Below, piece by piece: positions 58,759 through 64,000 of a DNA stretch of 64,000 nt. Origin of the DNA: an uncultured Gammaproteobacteria bacterium. GTDB taxonomy: Bacteria > Pseudomonadota > Gammaproteobacteria > Ga0077536. The first letter of the stretch is position 1, and each line of letters opens with the position of its first letter. The notes beneath the pieces were generated by a model. It did no database searches and was not told where the DNA came from. It worked only from the letters and a program-made list of their open reading frames with translations. Location of the stretch: assembly GCA_938082545.1 (NCBI GenBank), contig CALKCL010000019.1, positions 3,914 to 67,913 of the forward strand, given 5' to 3'. A program made the translations under genes and the position numbers.

Positions 58759-59022
58759 TTACCCCCCCGCGACGGGAGGCCACACTGCTAAAACATCCTT
58801 ATCACTTAGAAAGCTGGTTTTTCTTTTTTCGGGCGGTATGAAAAAACCATTTACTAGCACTAAATGGGCTGACTCCAGTGGAACACTCTGCTGCTCTAGC
58901 ACGCCGACTATTGAACAGTCGCGAGGAATAATGATATCAATTTTATTTTCTACAGCTTCTTTCGGAAGATATTGCGCCAGTGATGCGTATAGTTTAAATG
59001 TAATTGTTATCTTCAAAGGCAT
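58759..59022 (-). CDS. MoaD/ThiS-like sulfur carrier of the AOR operon (AorD-like)
   Basis: KLYASL, LVLVNG, DVLAVWPPVAGG; last gene of the aor run. Confidence 0.88.
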   Translation of the reverse strand: MPLKITITFKLYASLAQYLPKEAVENKIDIIIPRDCSIVGVLEQQSVPLESAHLVLVNGFFIPPEKRKTSFLSDKDVLAVWPPVAGG

Positions 59023-59084
59023 GAACTTTTCGGACCATAAATCGTGAAAAAGCGAAACATATCACACTTTGCGGCCCCAGTTAG

Positions 59085-60353
59085 CTATTTCATCACATCT
59101 GCATTAAAGCCTATAGCTTGAGTTGCACCTAAATATGCTTCCATGATTCGAGTCGGATCTTTCATGAGCCTCTCTTTCCAAACCCCAAGCTTTATCTTAC
59201 TTTGAATAAGGCCGCGCAGCACCCCAACATGTTGGGTCAAACCCAGACTAGTAGCGCCTACCAAAATGTCATCTTGAAACTGCAGATTTATATATTTAAA
59301 TCGTTCTTTATTTAGCAGCTCGGCTGAATCTCCTCCCGTCACCCCCATCCACAAGCCGAAGGAACTCGAAATGAGTCCTAAGGTATCGAGCACATTCATG
59401 TTTACCGATCCTCGATGGGTGGCTTGAGTTTGTCCTGCCATATTTTTTGCAGCAAGCGCTCCGTGCTCTACCGCAGTCGGCTGGATCGCTTGAACAGACA
59501 TCTCTCCAGTAGAAAAATCATAGGCTTGTGCAACATCCCCTGCGGCAAAAATGTTCTCATCACTCGTTCTCATCGCTTTATCTACTAAAACGCCCTCTTC
59601 GATCTTCACGTCGGTCGTGTCAAGCGCGCTCGTATTGGGTTTCACGCCTGTGGCAGAAACCACCATATCAGCAATTAACTTATGACCCGTGCTCAATTCC
59701 ACTAACAAAGAACCGTCATCTTGAGATATAGAATTAACTTTCGTAGAAGTGTGGACATTGACACCGTTATGTTGGCACCAATCCTTTATCATAGTGCCAG
59801 CAATATCGTTCATCATTCTGGGCACCATCCGGTCTTCCATTTCAACTACCGTCAAGTCAGCGCCACTTTTTGCGAGCGCTTCAAGAATAATACACCCGAT
59901 GAATCCAGCACCCATCAGCACCACTTTCGATCCTGGTTTCGCAACCCTCGCGATGTGTCTAGCATCTTCCAAGGTCCAACAACTTGTCACACCAGGTAGA
60001 TCAATGCCTGGTATCGGAGGTGCTAAAGGAGTTGAGCCAGTCGCAATAAGCAACTTGTCGTAATTGATTTTTGTCCCACCCTGTAGACCTACGGTTTTCT
60101 CCGTTTGATCAACTGACACAACCTTGCCTTGGACGATGGCGATTCCGCTTCTTTTATAATGCTCATCGTCTTTACGCAGAAAAGTACCACGTTCATCGAT
60201 TTGATTAATAAGTAAGTACGGAATGGCCATTCTCGAGTAAGGCATTTCAGGCTCATCACCTACCAAAGTTATGATCCCGTCACGGTCTATTTTACGAAGG
60301 TTCTCAGCGGCAGTGACTCCAGCAGGTCCCGCTCCAATGATTACATATTGCAC
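59085..60353 (-). CDS. aorC: FAD/NAD oxidoreductase subunit (AorC-like)
   Basis: GAGPAG, PYSRMAIPY, ATGS, GAGFIG, FAAGDVA, NVLDTLGLISSSFG. Confidence 0.85.
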   Translation of the reverse strand: MQYVIIGAGPAGVTAAENLRKIDRDGIITLVGDEPEMPYSRMAIPYLLINQIDERGTFLRKDDEHYKRSGIAIVQGKVVSVDQTEKTVGLQGGTKINYDKLLIATGSTPLAPPIPGIDLPGVTSCWTLEDARHIARVAKPGSKVVLMGAGFIGCIILEALAKSGADLTVVEMEDRMVPRMMNDIAGTMIKDWCQHNGVNVHTSTKVNSISQDDGSLLVELSTGHKLIADMVVSATGVKPNTSALDTTDVKIEEGVLVDKAMRTSDENIFAAGDVAQAYDFSTGEMSVQAIQPTAVEHGALAAKNMAGQTQATHRGSVNMNVLDTLGLISSSFGLWMGVTGGDSAELLNKERFKYINLQFQDDILVGATSLGLTQHVGVLRGLIQSKIKLGVWKERLMKDPTRIMEAYLGATQAIGFNADVMK

Positions 60354-60389
60354 TTTGGCCTAGCTCCCGTCATGTAATACTTTATAATC

Positions 60390-62240
60390 TTAGAGGCCTA
60401 ATCGGCCCATGGTTTCATTAGTTGGCACACCTTCCTCAGACCAACCTCGCAGCGCATAATACTGAGGCAGCATCTCGTGCAATCGATTCACGGAACCTTT
60501 GGCCGGTCCGGTCTTTGCAGCGTCTTTAAGAAGCCTCGCTGGAAGAGTATCGTCTGCTTTTGTCAGACCAGCATCAAGATTAAACTGTCTTTCCAAGTTC
60601 CAGATTCTTTCGCCAGCTTCCAGCATTGAAGCTGCGCTCCATCCACCCTCGCAAGCAGCATCAACCTGGGGCGCAATATCTTCCAAAGTCCAGGCAAACG
60701 TGGTGAACGAGCATAGACCCGTGCTGTCAACCGCTGCCGCCGCGTCTTGAAAAGCCTTTACAAGTTCCGGCTTCCCATCAGTCGTGAGTGGATCGGTTTT
60801 CACAGGGACGCCCATGATCTCAGATGACACTGTATAGCCTCTTAAGTGACATGCTCCTCTATTTGACGTGGCATAACCGAGTCCCATTCCCTGTATCGCC
60901 CTTGGGTCATAAGCTGGAAACTCTTGCCCTTTTACAGTCATTGAAATCTCAGGGTGGCCGTACTTCTCACACAACCGCTTAGAACCCATAGCCAAGTCTT
61001 TGCCGAACCCTTCGCCAGTAGCCACGAGCTCTGCCGCTTTCGTAAGCGCCTCAGCCGACCCAAAAGACAGGTCGAGACCTTCCGTCGTTTCCAGAGTAAT
61101 AGCTCCCATTTCAAATAGTTCCATGGCGGCTGAGACGGTAGCCCCAAAGGAAATAGGATCGTATCCATCTTCATTACATAGAAAATTAGCGTAAGTTAGA
61201 GCATCTAGATCATCAACCCCTACATTCGAACCTAATGCCCAAGCCGATTCATACTCGAGCCCACCAGACGCTCCAATGTATTCTGGTTTGTTCTCAATAC
61301 TATAGTGTTGTGGATCAATTGTAGAAATCCGACCACAGGCAATAGTGCAACCAAAACACGCTGCGTTAGTAACCAAGTTAGGCTTCCCATCACTTTCTCG
61401 CGGTTCAGCCATAGCTTCGCCAGAAATTTTATGAGCCCCTTCAAATTGAACTTCCTTCATGTTTCTCGTGGGCATAGCCCCTACCTCATTGATGACATTC
61501 ATCAACACTTGGGTACCCATCGCCGGCAAACCTTCTCCTGTTACCGCATTGTCAGCGAGTGTCTTTTTTCCTTCGCTAGTAGCTTTAAAAAATGCCTTAG
61601 GATCTCTTATGTTCCCTACTCCGACTGTTCCTCTTATAACTACTGCTTTCAGGTGCTTCGAGGCCATAACTGTGCCCACACCTGAACGTCCGGCAGCTCT
61701 GTGGCGGTCGTTAACTATTGAGGCATACAGACAACCGCTTTCGGCTGCCCTCCCTACGCAAGCGATCTTAACCAAAGGATCTTGGAATTTCTCGTGAAGC
61801 AATTCATCAGTTGCCCATACTGATTTTCCCCATAAATCATCGGCGGGCATCAGTTGTGCTTTTTCGTTTTCTAAATAAAGGAAAACTGGAGTTTTGGATT
61901 TTCCTTCAAAGATAATCATGTCCCACCCAGCTTGCTTCATTTCTGCCCCGATAAAGCCTCCAGAATTCGAGCACGCGATCGCTCCGGTCAAAGGGCTTTT
62001 GGTAATAACAGAATAGCGTCCGCCTGTTGAAGCCATAGTCCCGGTCAAAGGACCGGTAGCCATGATTAACTTATTCTCGGGAGACAATGCATCCTCTTTA
62101 GGGTCGATTTCTTCCGCAAGGTATTTAGTAGCCAATCCCCTTTGCCCCAAAAAAAGACGAGCCCATTCCATATTCAGAGGCTCTGGCTCACAAGTACCTT
62201 TTGTTAAGTTGACTCTCAGAATTTTTCGTTGCCAAGACAT
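60390..62240 (-). CDS. aorB: Tungsten-dependent aldehyde:ferredoxin oxidoreductase catalytic subunit
   Basis: ATGPLTG, TKSPLTG, RAAGRSGVG, CFGCTIAC, EYE, DGYDPIS, YDPR, NRGACH, GLC; start moved to MSWQRK at 62240 (616 aa). Confidence 0.93.
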   Translation of the reverse strand: MSWQRKILRVNLTKGTCEPEPLNMEWARLFLGQRGLATKYLAEEIDPKEDALSPENKLIMATGPLTGTMASTGGRYSVITKSPLTGAIACSNSGGFIGAEMKQAGWDMIIFEGKSKTPVFLYLENEKAQLMPADDLWGKSVWATDELLHEKFQDPLVKIACVGRAAESGCLYASIVNDRHRAAGRSGVGTVMASKHLKAVVIRGTVGVGNIRDPKAFFKATSEGKKTLADNAVTGEGLPAMGTQVLMNVINEVGAMPTRNMKEVQFEGAHKISGEAMAEPRESDGKPNLVTNAACFGCTIACGRISTIDPQHYSIENKPEYIGASGGLEYESAWALGSNVGVDDLDALTYANFLCNEDGYDPISFGATVSAAMELFEMGAITLETTEGLDLSFGSAEALTKAAELVATGEGFGKDLAMGSKRLCEKYGHPEISMTVKGQEFPAYDPRAIQGMGLGYATSNRGACHLRGYTVSSEIMGVPVKTDPLTTDGKPELVKAFQDAAAAVDSTGLCSFTTFAWTLEDIAPQVDAACEGGWSAASMLEAGERIWNLERQFNLDAGLTKADDTLPARLLKDAAKTGPAKGSVNRLHEMLPQYYALRGWSEEGVPTNETMGRLGL

Positions 62241-62265
62241 TGTTGTTAACTCCCGGTTTCGTGGT

Positions 62266-62733
62266 TTAGTTTTGCGGTATAGATTGAGCAGCGTGAGAGC
62301 GCATTCTCTCAAGTCCCGTATGTTCTGAATCTACGTAAGTTATAGCTTGAGTCGGACAAGCGGTGACACATGCCGGGTCTCCCCCGCACAAGTCGCATTT
62401 CATTACTTTACCGCTATCAGCGTTATAATTTACGGTCCCAAAAGGACAAGCTATAGTACAAACCTTACAACCCACACAAACGTCTTCGATTACTTCCTTG
62501 GCACCCGTCGCCTCATTCACAACTATGGCCTCAACAGGACAAGCATGAAGGCACCAAGCTTCAGAGCACTGGGTACACGTATAAGGAGCGAACCTACCTT
62601 CATCATGAAAATTAAAAACTTTGATACGAGATTTAGAAGGGTTGAAAACGCCTTCATTCTCATAAGAACAAGCCATTTCGCACTGTAAACACCCAGTACA
62701 TTTCTCAGGCTCTAGTTGGAGCGCTTTTAGCAT
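62266..62733 (-). CDS. aorA: 4x[4Fe-4S] electron-transfer subunit (AorA-like)
   Basis: CTGCLQCEMACS, CTQCSEAWCLHACP, CVGCKVCTIACP, KCDLCGGDPACVTACP. Confidence 0.9.
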   Translation of the reverse strand: MLKALQLEPEKCTGCLQCEMACSYENEGVFNPSKSRIKVFNFHDEGRFAPYTCTQCSEAWCLHACPVEAIVVNEATGAKEVIEDVCVGCKVCTIACPFGTVNYNADSGKVMKCDLCGGDPACVTACPTQAITYVDSEHTGLERMRSHAAQSIPQN

Positions 62734-62916
62734 GTCTAGTCTTCCCCCATTAAATACGCTGCGTCATAGTTCATATTCTTATGCAATCTACACAGCATCG
62801 TTCACTAAGAATTATCAACAGGGTCCATCAGTTTTATATAATATACGTCTGCCGATATTGGACCGAGATTAACTGGAATTTGCATGAAATGCTACAGGCA
62901 AACAATTGATCGAAAA

Positions 62917-62974
62917 TAGGAATAATTCTCATAAAGAAATGATTTCTATTTAGATATATAAATGATTCCCATTA
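62917..62974. promoter_or_regulatory. Cluster of Fur-type 7-1-7-like sites in the aor / PQQ-accessory divergent promoter
   Basis: TAGGAAT-A-ATTCTCA (62917-62931), AGAAAT-G-ATTTCT (62935-62947), AAATGATTCCCATT (about 62960-62973). Confidence 0.45.
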
Positions 62975-63051
62975 GTTTAAAGAGCATGTAATTTAAGTCC
63001 AGCAGGCCTACAATAAAGCGGTAACCATCATAGACCGGTCAGCACGAAAAA

Positions 63052-63858
63052 ATGAAAAATAAAAAAGACATACGGGGTCGTTATTTTAACTGTTTTAAAA
63101 TCTCATCATTCCTAATGCTCTGCTTCTTGAGCGCTCTCGCCTCTTCCAAAGACTTACCCTTATATTTCTATGGAGACATGTCTTCCAACGAGTGGCACGG
63201 AGCTATCCAGGGTTTGCTAGAAGCGAATGTTCAAGGTAAATTTCTACGGCTAAACTATAAACTCATGCATAAAACGGACCTGGACGACGTAAAGGCTGAC
63301 AAACCCTATGCTGTCATATCATCCCTGTCGCCAGTAGAACTCAGACAAGCACTTTTAGCAAATCCCCAGATACCCTTTCTAAATGTAGGCTCAATTTCAG
63401 AACACTTTTCAAGTTTATGCGCCCCTAACCTCTTTCATATCAGACCCCATCCCTCCGCCTTGGACGCCGCCGAAGCCGCCTGGAAAACCAAAGACGGGAG
63501 CGGGATCAAAGCGGTCTTATGGCATCGTAGTTTTAAAAAATATGCTGCCGCACAGCTAAACAAACGGTATGAAAAAAATACCGACCGCTATATGACCTCA
63601 GAATCGTGGGCTGGCTGGGCTTCGGTTAAACTTTTCTCCGACACCTTAGCTCGAAATGGTCTCGAATCCGAAATAAGCGCAGTACATTTTTTGAAAAATA
63701 GGCTGGCTTTTGATGGACAGAAAGGCAAAGATCTGTTTTTTGATGATTTAAACTATTTAGCGCAACCTTTATTGCTGATCTCCGGTGACAAAATCGTCGG
63801 AGAAACAAACACAAGTCAGATACTGTCTGCTGAAAGCGGATCATCCTCTTGTAAATGA
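63052..63858 (+). CDS. Periplasmic binding-type protein of PQQ alcohol dehydrogenase systems
   Basis: GAIQGLLEANVQGKFL, VLWHRSF..YAAAQLNKRY, WAGWASVK, FDGQKG...F....LAQPLL. Confidence 0.7.
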   Translation: MKNKKDIRGRYFNCFKISSFLMLCFLSALASSKDLPLYFYGDMSSNEWHGAIQGLLEANVQGKFLRLNYKLMHKTDLDDVKADKPYAVISSLSPVELRQALLANPQIPFLNVGSISEHFSSLCAPNLFHIRPHPSALDAAEAAWKTKDGSGIKAVLWHRSFKKYAAAQLNKRYEKNTDRYMTSESWAGWASVKLFSDTLARNGLESEISAVHFLKNRLAFDGQKGKDLFFDDLNYLAQPLLLISGDKIVGETNTSQILSAESGSSSCK

Positions 63859-63919
63859 GCGGAAAGCTCACAAGTCATTTAAGATACCTACACACTCGTC
63901 ACAACATAGAGGAAAAAAT

Positions 63920-64000
63920 ATGAAGTTGATACTCGCTATAACTGCCGTAATTTTTGCGACAAACGCCATGGCAGCCACGAATCGGGCGTTCGTATCCAAT
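63920..64000 (+). CDS. Secreted YVTN-type beta-propeller protein (5' end only)
   Basis: AGAGG RBS, then MKLILAITAVIFATNAMAATNRAFVSN; the signal peptide plus AFVSN start and the neighbouring gene fit the PQQ-catabolism beta-propeller. Confidence 0.55.
   Translation, partial: MKLILAITAVIFATNAMAATNRAFVSN

Overview
Bacterial chromosomal window, AT-leaning (GC looks low-to-mid 40s % by eye, not computed). The core genes (efp/epmA/epmB, parE-parC, yoaA, xseB-ispA, OprI-like lipoprotein next to an L,D-transpeptidase, roxA, hslR) point to a gammaproteobacterium. Three zones. (1) 1-10.8 kb: a same-strand redox/catabolic block: FrhB-like Fe-S flavoprotein, 2-oxoacid:ferredoxin oxidoreductase alpha and beta, a putative diiron protein, a styrene-oxide-isomerase (StyC) homologue and an SDR, followed by an outer-membrane protein, GNAT, roxA and xdhC-mocA. 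(2) 10.9-38 kb: housekeeping genes of mosaic appearance, including a type-2 IleRS with the swapped GIHH signature, metK/ahcY, a dimeric dUTPase and the rubrerythrin/Fe-S oxidoreductase/DUF3501 trio behind tandem palindromic operators. (3) 37-64 kb: a cofactor-centred alcohol/aldehyde oxidation superlocus: a xanthine-oxidase-family Mo-hydroxylase with an unusual active-site loop, moaABCDE/moeA/mobA, tungstate-type ABC permease and ATPase, DUF1302/DUF1329, a split pqqB...pqqCDE set with no pqqA found, a pterin dehydratase, folP, a tungsten aldehyde oxidoreductase operon (aorABCD-like), a DUF779 gene relic missed by the ORF track, and the start of PQQ-dehydrogenase accessory genes. I saw no rRNA, tRNA, CRISPR array, IS element or prophage gene. 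Family assignments come from motif recognition and recalled sequences, not database searches.
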